Origin: a virus
IMG/VR virus record: IMGVR_UViG_3300021171_000004
Location: 31,524 to 95,523 of that record
Length of the DNA: 64,000 nucleotides
Reading direction: 5' to 3' (one strand)
Below, piece by piece: positions 1 to 9,467 of this stretch. Each line of letters starts with the position of its first letter. The stretch's first letter is position 1. The position numbers and the translations under genes were made by a program. The notes under the pieces were generated by a model. The model was given only the letters and a program-made list of their open reading frames with translations, was not told the origin of the DNA and ran no database searches.

Positions 1-6
1 ATCGGA

Positions 7-1509
7 ATGGCGGATGCCGTCCAATGGATCGTCTGCTTTCCGAACATAAGGGTCATTTATTTCACTGCCGAAGAAACTCTTGCGAATGATTTTGTTAGAC
101 AAGTAAAGCACTATTTTCAGGTTCCGGAAAATTCAAGGATGACCCGGTTCCAGATGTTGTACGCCGCGCACTGCGTGTCTACGAAAAGAAAAGAAGCGGA
201 CGACCAATTTTTGAGTCCCGCCCGTACAGACACACAGCCCCAACCTACCCTGTTAGCGTTATCTCTTGGGATGAGCACAGCAGGAAAACACGGCGACGTG
301 GCTTTCTTTGACGACACGGTTTCCAATAAAAATTCAGGGCCTAAAGCAACTCCCGAACAAAGAGTTCAAGTCGCAAACGAAATCAAATCGGCTCGCCCGA
401 TTATTGATCTTTACGGATACAGAAATTATACGGGAACTTACTGGGACAGCGCGGATGCTTATGTTTCGCTTGAAGAGACTATTTCTGATTTAAAGGTTCT
501 GAAAGCCCCTGCATGGGAAATTAAGCCCGCAGCCCGCAAGAAACAGATTCACGAACTCACCGAGGAAGATGTAGTTCTGCTTTTCCCAGTTGACCGCAAC
601 GGGGTTCCGCGCCTCACCTTTAAAGCGCTGATGGATGAGTTCAAGGTAGACGCCTTCATTTTTTCGTGCCAATACCTCCTAAATCCCACACTCACCAAAA
701 CGGTTAAGTTTACCGACCAAATGTTCCGGAAGCAGATTGTTCCTTCTTCGGAATTCCCGCAGGATGGAACTTATTTTATCGCGGACGTTTGGGATTTGGC
801 TACTTCGGATGGAAAAAAATCCGACCGTTCGTGTGGCATGGTTGGGAAATTTACTATTGCAGGTCCGCTCGCAGGCCGCATGTACGTTTCGGAAATTATC
901 CGCGGACGGTATAGTAAATCCGAACTACCATTTCAAATCGCGGGCCAAGCTAATCGGTGGAAGCCGCTCAAAAATTTAGGCATCGAAAAACCCCCGGCGC
1001 ATGATTTTCTTGAAAACGACATCATGCGGGCGATGCAAAAAGTTGGCTACCCAGATTGTCCGGCCATCGAGTGGATTCCAATCGAGAATATCAAAGGTGC
1101 GAAAAACGAACGCGCCGCCGAGACGGAAATTCTTCTGGTGAATAATCAGGTATTTTTCTCGGCGGATATTCCGACCGACGTGATGAACGAAGTTATCAAG
1201 GAACATGTCAACTTCAAGGCCGGAGCTAACCGCAAGGACGATTCGGTAGACACCTTGGCTCGGCTCGCACGGTACATGCCGAAGGAAATTTCCTGTCCGC
1301 AAAGTGAACAGGAAAAACAAACCGCAGCTTGGGATTTGCTTAAACAAAAACAACAGCACGAACGGATGTTTCCTCCGAACGAAGACAAACAAACTTCGAC
1401 ATGGAAACGAGACGGTTACGACCGCCAACAAGAAGTAGCGGCCCCCCTTACAGAATGGGAAGGGATGCCAATAGTGAGATCGATTGAGGAACAATATCTA
1501 GGAACTTAA
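7..1509 (+). CDS. terL: Terminase large subunit, C-terminal part (gene probably starts upstream of the window)
   Basis: Walker B-like 'GKHGDVAFFDD', coupling motif 'YTGTYW', RNaseH-like nuclease motifs 'VWDLA' and 'KDDSVDTLA'; lies upstream of the portal. Confidence 0.8.
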   Translation: MADAVQWIVCFPNIRVIYFTAEETLANDFVRQVKHYFQVPENSRMTRFQMLYAAHCVSTKRKEADDQFLSPARTDTQPQPTLLALSLGMSTAGKHGDVAFFDDTVSNKNSGPKATPEQRVQVANEIKSARPIIDLYGYRNYTGTYWDSADAYVSLEETISDLKVLKAPAWEIKPAARKKQIHELTEEDVVLLFPVDRNGVPRLTFKALMDEFKVDAFIFSCQYLLNPTLTKTVKFTDQMFRKQIVPSSEFPQDGTYFIADVWDLATSDGKKSDRSCGMVGKFTIAGPLAGRMYVSEIIRGRYSKSELPFQIAGQANRWKPLKNLGIEKPPAHDFLENDIMRAMQKVGYPDCPAIEWIPIENIKGAKNERAAETEILLVNNQVFFSADIPTDVMNEVIKEHVNFKAGANRKDDSVDTLARLARYMPKEISCPQSEQEKQTAAWDLLKQKQQHERMFPPNEDKQTSTWKRDGYDRQQEVAAPLTEWEGMPIVRSIEEQYLGT

Positions 1510-4053
1510 ATGGCTGAGATTACGCCGCTTCAATTAATTGTACCCGATACATATGTAGGGCCGCTTCTGCAAGCTGCGGTGAATCAAGCCTTTTTAACTC
1601 CGAAGGCCGCAGTTTGGATCCCGGCAAACTACGCTGGGACGGACACGTACACGAACCCTAATAATGTGCCCGTGTTCGATATGCGTTCGGGTGGTTCTAC
1701 TAGTTTTACGTCTAATACAACATTTTCAACGATTGCTGGGGGAACGAATACTTCTGCTGCGCTAGTGGTCGGAACTGGTGCATCCCTGACGGCAACAGGA
1801 ACAGGTTCTATTATTTCAACCGCCGTAGCAAACTCTCCTACACCAAGTAGTGCTTACACTTTCACGAGTACACCAATTACAACGGCACCGTTTAGCGGGA
1901 ATCTGCTGGTAGGAGCGAATATCAATGCTGCTGGCACAGGTTCATACACAGCCGGGTCTGGTTATGCCTTAATAGGAACACCAACAGCCACCTTAGCGTT
2001 GGAATATCAGACGGCTGCCGCTGCGACAAGCTATTCTTCGACATTCACTTACTCGGTCAGTTCTGGCAATTGGGGTGGGACCATCGCAGCGTTTTCTTCG
2101 CCGGGAAACAATGCCGCTCTCGTTCAAGGGAAAGTGCAATCCGCTTCAACGTCACTAGCTTATACCAGTAACAACGGTGCTGGGAATCTGCTGATTGCAG
2201 TTTTCAGGTATAACGGGGCAAGTGCCGCCCCCATTGCGTCAATCTCCGATACAGCAGGAAATACCTGGGTTTCTGCGGGCGCTCGCGCCTTTCAGGGGTA
2301 TGCCAAAGGCGTGTCTGACTCCAATTTTCTGGAAGTTTGGTATGCCATGAATAGTATTGCCGGTGCAAACACCGTCACTGCGACGATGGGTTCAGGTACC
2401 ACTGGCGGTGCAACTCATATGGGGATTGCAGAGTTCTCTGGTGTAGCCACAACTAATGCGCTCGTAGATTATAACTTCACCGGTTCAACGACTGGGGCCA
2501 CAAGCATCCCAGGCGCAACGACAAACCCCCAGTACACGATTAACGCCACCAATAATACTACTGGTGTAGTTGACTTTACAGGTCGGGACTCCGGTGCAGT
2601 TGTCCGCAGCGCATTCAACGCAAGAGCCGGAACAGGCGGCTTATTCTACTTCAAAAATGGTATCTATCCTGGGCAGACTTCGCTACATGAAAGCGTGGCA
2701 GGGCAGACGGCCATCTGGTATGTATGGGGGATACCCGCGCCTGTGTTGGGAACCCAAGAGGTTTCATTTCATATTGTGTGCGAGAGTTTTACTCAGACTC
2801 TTTATGCCACGCTGCAAACAGATGGTTGTATCCACCAAATCTTGCCCTCCGCGTATGCAGGGCCCCAACCATTATCAAATAACACATTATCCGGATTCTG
2901 GCAGCGTCCTAATGCTACCTTTGGGGCCATCAACAACAACGCAATATTTTTTGTAAATGGCACCGTTCGCATTCCCGACAATCAGCATACACCGTCCAAT
3001 TCCTTCGATACCTTTACAGCTATATACTCATCTCACATCAACACAGTTGCCGATACGGTTATCACCGCAGTAGACCAATTGTGTTCGGGGCTGGCTGTCG
3101 GGCTGTCGGGCGTCAATGGTTATCGCACAAATCAATCGGGGACAGATGAGACGTACTTCGAGAACACCTACGCTGTTGGCTTCAATACTCCGTACAACGT
3201 CCTGTCGAATCACCCCATCGGAAATAATATGCACGCAGCCTGCAATCAAAACGCAGGAACGTTCAGCATTTCAACATCAATGTATGGTGGGATGTTAAAC
3301 CATTTTGGAGATTACCACAATCTAAATGGTTTTGTGTTTGGATGCGCCCAAACAGGGACGCGCTGGGACTTGCAGAACATGGCTCAGGAATTTGCAATCA
3401 CTGGAACTTTTGCGCGGGCAGGGAACGCCACAGAAACAACTCCTGGCAACTGCATGGGGAAAGTGAGCGTAAGTTCAGGCTCTGCGAATAATGTGTCTTT
3501 CACGCCCGGTTCATTTTTCGCATCTGGTAACGGCGCTAATTTCCAAGTCACTGAATCAACCCGGCTCATACAGCCAGGGTTGCTCACTTCTAATTTCACT
3601 TCGGCTGCGACTACAGGGACGACCAAGCAAACGTTGGCGACATACACGTTTACATACAATGCTGGTGGGGGAGGCCAGGGGAGCAACATCGGCCCGTTCC
3701 AAAACAACCCTGGTGCGGTTTTCAGGATAAAAGCGTGGGGTATCGCTGCAAACAATGTTAACAGCAAAGTGTTTGAACTTGATTTTGGTGGCACTCTTAT
3801 CGCTAGTATCACCGCCACTCCGAGCGTCGCAGATTCCGTCAAATGCGAAGCAGAAATAATTGTTAGCTCCGTTGCGAACACGCAGGAGGTCATAGGCTAT
3901 TGTGACGATGGAACAGCACGAACGGTAACACGCTCTGCTCCCGCAATTACAGGTAATGCAAATATAATTTTGAATGCTGCCGCAACTACAGCCGGGGCCG
4001 CAGGCGATTTCACCTTCAAGGGGATGACGATTGAATACGTTGGTGGCAACTAA
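1510..4053 (+). CDS. Virion fibre/spike-like protein (Thr/Ser/Gly/Ala-rich, beta-rich)
   Basis: 847 aa with fibre-like composition; 'FYFKNGIYP' resembles the start of a beta-helix; shares a domain with the 26997 protein. Confidence 0.55.
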   Translation: MAEITPLQLIVPDTYVGPLLQAAVNQAFLTPKAAVWIPANYAGTDTYTNPNNVPVFDMRSGGSTSFTSNTTFSTIAGGTNTSAALVVGTGASLTATGTGSIISTAVANSPTPSSAYTFTSTPITTAPFSGNLLVGANINAAGTGSYTAGSGYALIGTPTATLALEYQTAAAATSYSSTFTYSVSSGNWGGTIAAFSSPGNNAALVQGKVQSASTSLAYTSNNGAGNLLIAVFRYNGASAAPIASISDTAGNTWVSAGARAFQGYAKGVSDSNFLEVWYAMNSIAGANTVTATMGSGTTGGATHMGIAEFSGVATTNALVDYNFTGSTTGATSIPGATTNPQYTINATNNTTGVVDFTGRDSGAVVRSAFNARAGTGGLFYFKNGIYPGQTSLHESVAGQTAIWYVWGIPAPVLGTQEVSFHIVCESFTQTLYATLQTDGCIHQILPSAYAGPQPLSNNTLSGFWQRPNATFGAINNNAIFFVNGTVRIPDNQHTPSNSFDTFTAIYSSHINTVADTVITAVDQLCSGLAVGLSGVNGYRTNQSGTDETYFENTYAVGFNTPYNVLSNHPIGNNMHAACNQNAGTFSISTSMYGGMLNHFGDYHNLNGFVFGCAQTGTRWDLQNMAQEFAITGTFARAGNATETTPGNCMGKVSVSSGSANNVSFTPGSFFASGNGANFQVTESTRLIQPGLLTSNFTSAATTGTTKQTLATYTFTYNAGGGGQGSNIGPFQNNPGAVFRIKAWGIAANNVNSKVFELDFGGTLIASITATPSVADSVKCEAEIIVSSVANTQEVIGYCDDGTARTVTRSAPAITGNANIILNAAATTAGAAGDFTFKGMTIEYVGGN

Positions 4054-4101
4054 AAGTAAAAAGTTTTTCTCTTCATTAGGAGAGAGAGAAGGAGAAGTAA
4101 A

Positions 4102-4386
4102 TTGGCTCAACTCAGAATGTACGTGAACAAAGGTTGTCCGCATTGTGAACAAGCAAAGGCTTTTTTTGACGCCCAGAACGTAATAGTGGAAGTTGTTGAA
4201 ATTGGGTTCGATCCCGTTCTGCAAGCCGGGCTAAGGTCGCTGTTCAACGGCGGCAATTTCCAGGTTCCGCTTATCGTTTCGTTCGCAACCCAAGAGGTGG
4301 TTCTAGGTAATGATCCAGTTCAACTCCAGCGTATTATTGCTGCTCTTGTCCCTAGCACAAAGCCATCTGACTCTGCTTCTCAGTAA
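4102..4386 (+). CDS. Glutaredoxin-like protein
   Basis: CPHC active site, 'QVPLIV' cis-Pro loop, 94 aa, TTG start after a purine-rich RBS. Confidence 0.8.
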   Translation: MAQLRMYVNKGCPHCEQAKAFFDAQNVIVEVVEIGFDPVLQAGLRSLFNGGNFQVPLIVSFATQEVVLGNDPVQLQRIIAALVPSTKPSDSASQ

Positions 4387-4684
4387 CGGGAAGATTTTCG
4401 ACCCGATTTTTGATGTACATTTTTGGTGGAAGACCGCAAAATCAGATTGGCTGAGAGAGTTGCGGTCATGCCCCGTGTGTCTGGGATTCTGGACTGCCGC
4501 CATCGTTTCTTTACTCGCGGGAATCCACAATCCATGGCAAATTCTAGTTGTGGCCGGAACTGGACACGTACTATACCTGCTTCGCGAAAAATACCTGCCC
4601 TGTGATAAATGCAAGGTTCCGGAACCGATCCCATTTAAATTTGTAGGACATCAAGCGGTGGGTGTGGAACCTGCTCCTAAGTAG
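4310..4684 (+). CDS. DUF1360-like small membrane protein
   Basis: 'LRSCPVCLGFW' motif between hydrophobic segments; C-terminal CDKC. Confidence 0.55.
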   Translation: MIQFNSSVLLLLLSLAQSHLTLLLSNGKIFDPIFDVHFWWKTAKSDWLRELRSCPVCLGFWTAAIVSLLAGIHNPWQILVVAGTGHVLYLLREKYLPCDKCKVPEPIPFKFVGHQAVGVEPAPK

Positions 4685-4711
4685 CTCTCCGTCAGCAGGT
4701 GTCGCGGAGCC

Positions 4712-4897
4712 TTACAATTCTGAACCATGTTCGGCTGTGGGATCGAGAATGCAGGCGGCGTACTCTGTCGAATCGGGTACCGCAATTCCTCCATAGGAAT
4801 CGGTAATCTGGTACATCCAACCGTCAGGACAGCGGCCAACATACTCAAGTTCCCTAGTGAACGTAGGCTCAGGATTTTGGTTATCAGGTGACATCAC
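4712..4897 (-). CDS. Hypothetical protein
   Basis: G-rich RBS directly after the stop of the 4905-5660 gene. Confidence 0.5.
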   Translation of the reverse strand: MMSPDNQNPEPTFTRELEYVGRCPDGWMYQITDSYGGIAVPDSTEYAACILDPTAEHGSEL

Positions 4898-4904
4898 CCC
4901 CCTT

Positions 4905-5660
4905 TCATTGCTTTTTGTAAGCTGCTATGCCCGCCAGCCAGTGGCCTCCTCCGCTTTCCGAACCATCTGCGTTGCGGCCCATCCAAGAACCAATGTAGAC
5001 GCCCGTGGTTGGTGCAATCATGTCCTCAGCGAAAACACATGTGGCCTTCCCCTCAAGCGTGTATCCCGGGCCAGATCGCACAACACCCCCGCTATTGGGC
5101 GGGCAGCTTTCCCCCCAAGCTAATATGAGCGCGCCTGCTTCGGTGTCTATTGGTAGTGTCCAAGCGTAAGGGCAATCACCACCGTTGGTGCAATCCGGAA
5201 AGACAGAGTTCTGGTCCGCGTACGTGCCTAAATTACCCGCGTCGAAATTCCAGTTCCCGTCGTAAATAAGGATAAGCACATCCGAAAACTGATCGCCTGA
5301 GAACGACAGTTGAACCCCGGTTGTACACGACACACCGACCCCGCAAAAGGAGCCGAAATTGGTGTGATACGAACAATTGCCCGTGAAGGTCACGCACTGG
5401 TCCCGGGTCCAAACATCGCCCCGGCTGTCAGTTATTGTTCCCTGCGAACTGAATCTTGCGATGACTACTGCCATCGTGTTCGGTGGAGTCAGGAAGTAGC
5501 AGCCTGCTTGGGCAGAGCAAGCTACTGTCGTACGGATTGGCAGAGACAAAAATGACGAACGCGACCGTACCGGAGCGAGAAAACAAATTCCAGCGAAAAG
5601 TAAAGCACTAACAAAAAGTGCTTGGCCTATCGAAATGAAAACAGCGCGTAAATTTTTCAT
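4905..5660 (-). CDS. Secreted or membrane-anchored Cys-containing beta-rich protein
   Basis: N-terminal signal/TM segment, RBS 'GGGAGG', own upstream promoter. Confidence 0.65.
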   Translation of the reverse strand: MKNLRAVFISIGQALFVSALLFAGICFLAPVRSRSSFLSLPIRTTVACSAQAGCYFLTPPNTMAVVIARFSSQGTITDSRGDVWTRDQCVTFTGNCSYHTNFGSFCGVGVSCTTGVQLSFSGDQFSDVLILIYDGNWNFDAGNLGTYADQNSVFPDCTNGGDCPYAWTLPIDTEAGALILAWGESCPPNSGGVVRSGPGYTLEGKATCVFAEDMIAPTTGVYIGSWMGRNADGSESGGGHWLAGIAAYKKQ

Positions 5661-5700
5661 ATTTTCCTCCCTAGTTTTTCAAGCCCATGCTTGTTCGACA

Positions 5701-5730
5701 AATATACCACGGTGAAAAGATTTTTGTCAA
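5701..5730 (-). promoter_or_regulatory. sigma70-like promoter for 4905-5660
   Basis: TTGACA-N18-TATATT on the minus strand. Confidence 0.6.
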
Positions 5731-5737
5731 CTACTAA

Positions 5738-5830
5738 ATGAGAATAACTCCGGACGAAGCAAATCCTCAAGGCCAGATAAACCCAGACGATTTCAAAAGT
5801 GCTGCGGAAGTAGCGGGATGGTATGTATAA
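5738..5830 (+). pseudogene. Duplicated or relic 5' end of the portal gene (30 aa)
   Basis: RITPDEANPQGQINPDDFKSAAEV vs portal RIEPDAANPQGQIDPKDFISASEV (18/24 identical). Confidence 0.8.
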
Positions 5831-6215
5831 GGACCGAAAATCTCCGGAAGTTAAGGCCAAAGAGAAAGCTAGGACTCTGCGGTGGATAAAAAGTAATCCA
5901 GAGAAGTATCGACGGGTTACGAAGAACCGAAATTTGAAAAAGAGTTTCGGTATCACACTAGAGGATTACGAACGGATGCACGCAGATCAAAACGGTCTGT
6001 GTGCTATTTGCCAGAAACCAGAAAAATATAAAAGTGCGAATCCCCAAAGTTTAGGGCAACTACTGAGTCTAGCTGTAGACCACGATCATAATAGGAATCA
6101 TGTTCGCGCTTTGCTGTGCATGGCCTGCAACAAAGGGTTAGGGTGTTTTGAAGAAGATATACTCCGTTTACAAGCTGCGATTGAATATATCAAGAAACAT
6201 GCGGGAGAAAATTGA
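5823..6215 (+). CDS. Endonuclease VII-like (His-Me) homing endonuclease
   Basis: 'FGITLEDYERM..QNGLCAICQ..LAVDHDH..VRALLCMACNKGLG'. Confidence 0.85.
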   Translation: MYKDRKSPEVKAKEKARTLRWIKSNPEKYRRVTKNRNLKKSFGITLEDYERMHADQNGLCAICQKPEKYKSANPQSLGQLLSLAVDHDHNRNHVRALLCMACNKGLGCFEEDILRLQAAIEYIKKHAGEN

Positions 6216-8338
6216 TGGCTAGGATAGAACCAGATGCCGCAAACCCGCAAGGTCAAATTGACCCAAAAGATTTTATAAGTGCTTCCGAAGTTACTAAAGC
6301 GGGCGCGTTGCAGTTGGTTTGTCAGGATGCGCAATCCAGTGAGGCTTGGTTAACTCAAAACTACTGGAATATCAGATGGCGTGAGGCGGATGCGCTGTAT
6401 CAATCCCCGCCTTCGGTTCTCATGTGGGAAAATACCACAACGCCGCGTTCAAATGTAAATCGCTTCGTAGTTGCGGAAACTGTGAATGCAATTCACCCGC
6501 AAATCATGAACGGGCTATTTTATGAGCAGCCGCCATTCGTTCTGCGTCCGCGCCCGGTAATTACCCAGAACACTTCCCGGGCGATTTCCACGGTTATTGC
6601 ACAGGAATTGGATGAAATAAACTTTCGGCAGGAAACCGATTGGGGGCTTTTTTCCTCGCTCAACTTCGGCACAGGTATTTGGAAATGGGGTTTTAAAACC
6701 TACCCGAAGAAAACCACGAAGTACGTTCCGGTAGGAAACACCGTTTCGGTGGCGGCTCCCCTCCCGAATGCTCCGGCCACGATTCTCGAAACACCAGAAT
6801 CCCTGATGTACAAGCGGGTAGTCGGTGAAGAAGATGTTCACACACCGACTTTCGAAAACAAAGATATCCGTTATGTTTTGCCTGATCCGGCGCTCAAAGT
6901 CCCGGATATCCGCAAGGGCAAGTTTGTAATCGACAAGATGTATCTCACGTACAAGGACCTGATTAAACTAGCGTCCGAAGAGTACGTGGATGAGGATCCA
7001 AAAACCGGAAAGCAAACGCTAAAGAAGCGCTACGATCTTCCGAGCGAAGCAGAAATCAAAGAGTGGTTTACTAAACCCAAAGAATTGCCTGCGGCTGGGG
7101 CGGCGGGCGAGTCCATGTCTCCGCAGGGCACGGCTTATATCCATCACGCCAAGCCTGCCTTTCAACCTTCGACCGCGGATCCACTAGACGAACCTCTAGA
7201 AGTTTTGGAGCGCTGGGACAACGATAAAGTCATCACGGTTTTAAATCGTGTAAAAGTCATACGAAACGAGCCGAACGAATTTGGAGTTATCCCTTTCCTC
7301 TCGCTTAATTGGTGGAATATTCCTGATGCTTTTTGGGGTCTCGGTCTTGGGCGCGTCATTGGTGTCGAACAAAGAGTTCAAGCGGGCCTCATTAACGCCT
7401 GTCTTGATTTGGCATCCCTTATCGTTAATCCGATGTTCGTTCGGGCTCGTGGCGCGAATATTAACGAGCAGCAGATACGTCAACGAATTGGTGGAATCAT
7501 CGCAGTTGACGGGGACACGCAAAAAGCCCTAACTCTACTCGAACAGCCGAGTATTCCCGCCGAAGTCGTGCAGCAAATTGCTTTGTCGCAATCCCGAGTT
7601 GCAACCACGTCCGGAGCGGACCAGCAACTTACCATGGGTGTGAACACGGGTAAGGGCGGGGCCATGCGCACAGGCACGGGCGCTGCGGGTATGATTCAGG
7701 CAACCATGAATCGTATCGGCGGTTTTGCCGAAGCTTTCGTGCGTCAAGTCTACGAACCCTTTATCTACACAGTTCACAAACTGAACAAAGAGAAGATGCC
7801 GATTTCCTATATTCGGAAACTTCTCGGGGATAAGCTGGGCAAGGACTTCAAGTTCGACGCGAACGAGTTTTTGAACGCGCCCGCTGAGTTCGAAGTTCTG
7901 GCTGGTTCGCACTTAGCCGCAAAATCCCAGATGGCGCAGTCGCTGTTCATGATGCTCCAGCTTTTTGAGAATGCTCCTTTGATGCAGCAACTGAACGAAA
8001 TCAATCTCAAGAAGGTGAACATAGAAGAATTGTTCCACATGGTGCATGACATCTCCGGGTGGAAGAATTACTACGACATCATCCAAGACATGACGCCCGA
8101 AGAAATCCAAAGGCAGCAAGCGAAGTCGCAAGGTGCCCAGATGCAGGCCAAGTTGCAGGGTCAGATGGCCATGGAAGATAAGAAGTTCCAGAATAACCAG
8201 CAACTCATAGACCAGGAGAATGAAGGCCGAGCCGCACGGGATATTTTCCGCGTGATTGCGGAGAAGTCTGCGGAGCCAGAAGCACTACTTGGAGCAGAAG
8301 CCCCGTCCGCAGGAGTAGGAAGTTCTGAACAAGGATAA
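6215..8338 (+). CDS. Portal protein
   Basis: About 707 aa between terminase and scaffold/capsid; 'FGTGIWKWGF', 'FWGLGLG', Gln-rich C-terminal coil. Confidence 0.8.
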   Translation: MARIEPDAANPQGQIDPKDFISASEVTKAGALQLVCQDAQSSEAWLTQNYWNIRWREADALYQSPPSVLMWENTTTPRSNVNRFVVAETVNAIHPQIMNGLFYEQPPFVLRPRPVITQNTSRAISTVIAQELDEINFRQETDWGLFSSLNFGTGIWKWGFKTYPKKTTKYVPVGNTVSVAAPLPNAPATILETPESLMYKRVVGEEDVHTPTFENKDIRYVLPDPALKVPDIRKGKFVIDKMYLTYKDLIKLASEEYVDEDPKTGKQTLKKRYDLPSEAEIKEWFTKPKELPAAGAAGESMSPQGTAYIHHAKPAFQPSTADPLDEPLEVLERWDNDKVITVLNRVKVIRNEPNEFGVIPFLSLNWWNIPDAFWGLGLGRVIGVEQRVQAGLINACLDLASLIVNPMFVRARGANINEQQIRQRIGGIIAVDGDTQKALTLLEQPSIPAEVVQQIALSQSRVATTSGADQQLTMGVNTGKGGAMRTGTGAAGMIQATMNRIGGFAEAFVRQVYEPFIYTVHKLNKEKMPISYIRKLLGDKLGKDFKFDANEFLNAPAEFEVLAGSHLAAKSQMAQSLFMMLQLFENAPLMQQLNEINLKKVNIEELFHMVHDISGWKNYYDIIQDMTPEEIQRQQAKSQGAQMQAKLQGQMAMEDKKFQNNQQLIDQENEGRAARDIFRVIAEKSAEPEALLGAEAPSAGVGSSEQG

Positions 8339-8341
8339 TAC

Positions 8342-8728
8342 ATGAATGGCTCCGAGATCGAAACGGCCCCACGACGCCCCCAGATAAATCCACTCGCACT
8401 AGACGAGCCCCAAGAACTATCCGATACGGAAAAAATGGATTTGATAGCCGGAGACGATTCTCCGTACGCCAAAGCCATGAAAAAACTCATGCGGTGGGAG
8501 ATAGCCAAATCCCGCGAAGCCGCAGAGGATTGCGACCCGTCCGAAAAGGAAAAGCAGGTAGCCCTGCTCACGGTTTTGTATGCCCAGAAAAAGTTCTTCA
8601 ATAGTTTAATGGGCGCAATTCTGTTCGAAAAAACAAGCCATCTATCCGATGTCCGTCAAAAAATCGCACAGGAAGAATTGCAAGACCGAGAAAAGCTTGA
8701 ATCAATAATTCTCGCAAATCAAACTTAG
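8342..8728 (+). CDS. Hypothetical helical protein downstream of portal
   Basis: ORF coupled to the portal gene with an RBS. Confidence 0.65.
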   Translation: MNGSEIETAPRRPQINPLALDEPQELSDTEKMDLIAGDDSPYAKAMKKLMRWEIAKSREAAEDCDPSEKEKQVALLTVLYAQKKFFNSLMGAILFEKTSHLSDVRQKIAQEELQDREKLESIILANQT

Positions 8729-8937
8729 ACGGTTATTCGGCACACCATACAAGTCCAGACAGGCGGTTCCCAACCGTAGTTAGACCCGGAATCCCAATAG
8801 GCTTTATGAACATGCTTGTTGGTGCCGCAGTTTGAGCATTGCGGCGGGGTTACTTTTTTGCAATTGCAGTCGCGATACGAACAAACACTCTCTTCGGCTT
8901 TAGGTTTTTTGTGTCCCATACTCTTTTTCCTGTCCAT
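8725..8937 (-). CDS. Small Cys-rich zinc-ribbon protein
   Basis: CxxC pairs; overlaps the 3' end of the DUF4338-like gene. Confidence 0.45.
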   Translation of the reverse strand: MDRKKSMGHKKPKAEESVCSYRDCNCKKVTPPQCSNCGTNKHVHKAYWDSGSNYGWEPPVWTCMVCRITV

Positions 8938-9422
8938 GAGTCTGTTCCTTTTCCGGCCACCCGTTTACAGGTTTGGCCTTTCGTGATTCCAACTTCTGTC
9001 CAACCATCTCGTTTGTAGATTTCTCCAGTTCGAGGGAGTTCAATTAGTGTCTCGAACCCAACCACTTCGTCTCCATATTTCTTCTGCCAGTCCGTGGCAA
9101 CCGTTTGACGGAATAGTTCAAGGACCTTCACAGTGAAGTTTCGAATCGGATATTTTCCGTGCGGTTCGACATGATAGAAAATGTTGTTCACAATGTGAAC
9201 TAGCATCTGTCTTTTTGTTTCAGGTGTTATCCCGAAAAATTTGTCTCGGCCAACCAAATGCAACGTGGCCGAACCGCCAACAATTCCACCATAGTATTGC
9301 CCGCCCCACAGCACGGTATAGCAGATGTTTCGGCCTACGAACCCTTTCGGGTTCGAATAGTGAACCGCCATGTCTGCCAGCAAACGCGGGTCAGTTCTTT
9401 TGATTCTTTCTAACCTAAGCAT
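8850..9422 (-). CDS. DUF4338/DruA-like (Mom/GNAT-like) protein
   Basis: Motifs 'HYS..GFVGRNICY', 'RDKFFG', 'IVNN', 'DWQKKYG...FETLIE..RTGEIYKRDGWTEVGITKG'; true start probably ATG 9422 or GTG 9425. Confidence 0.6.
   Translation of the reverse strand: MLRLERIKRTDPRLLADMAVHYSNPKGFVGRNICYTVLWGGQYYGGIVGGSATLHLVGRDKFFGITPETKRQMLVHIVNNIFYHVEPHGKYPIRNFTVKVLELFRQTVATDWQKKYGDEVVGFETLIELPRTGEIYKRDGWTEVGITKGQTCKRVAGKGTDSWTGKRVWDTKNLKPKRVFVRIATAIAKK
9186..9200. repeat. Dispersed palindrome GTTCAC-N3-GTGAAC (perfect copy)
   Basis: gttcacaatgtgaac. Confidence 0.85.
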
Positions 9423-9429
9423 CACGAAA

Positions 9430-9458
9430 ATTATACACCACGCGCCAATTAAGCGCAA
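9430..9458 (-). promoter_or_regulatory. sigma70-like promoter giving a leaderless transcript
   Basis: TTGCGC-N17-TATAAT, 4-7 nt before the start codon. Confidence 0.6.
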
Positions 9459-9467
9459 GGAGAAGTT

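Noticed and set aside
5738-6215. Group I intron in the portal gene
   Set aside because: The flanking ORFs overlap the endonuclease, leaving no room for an intron core, and the two N-termini are duplicates rather than consecutive exons.
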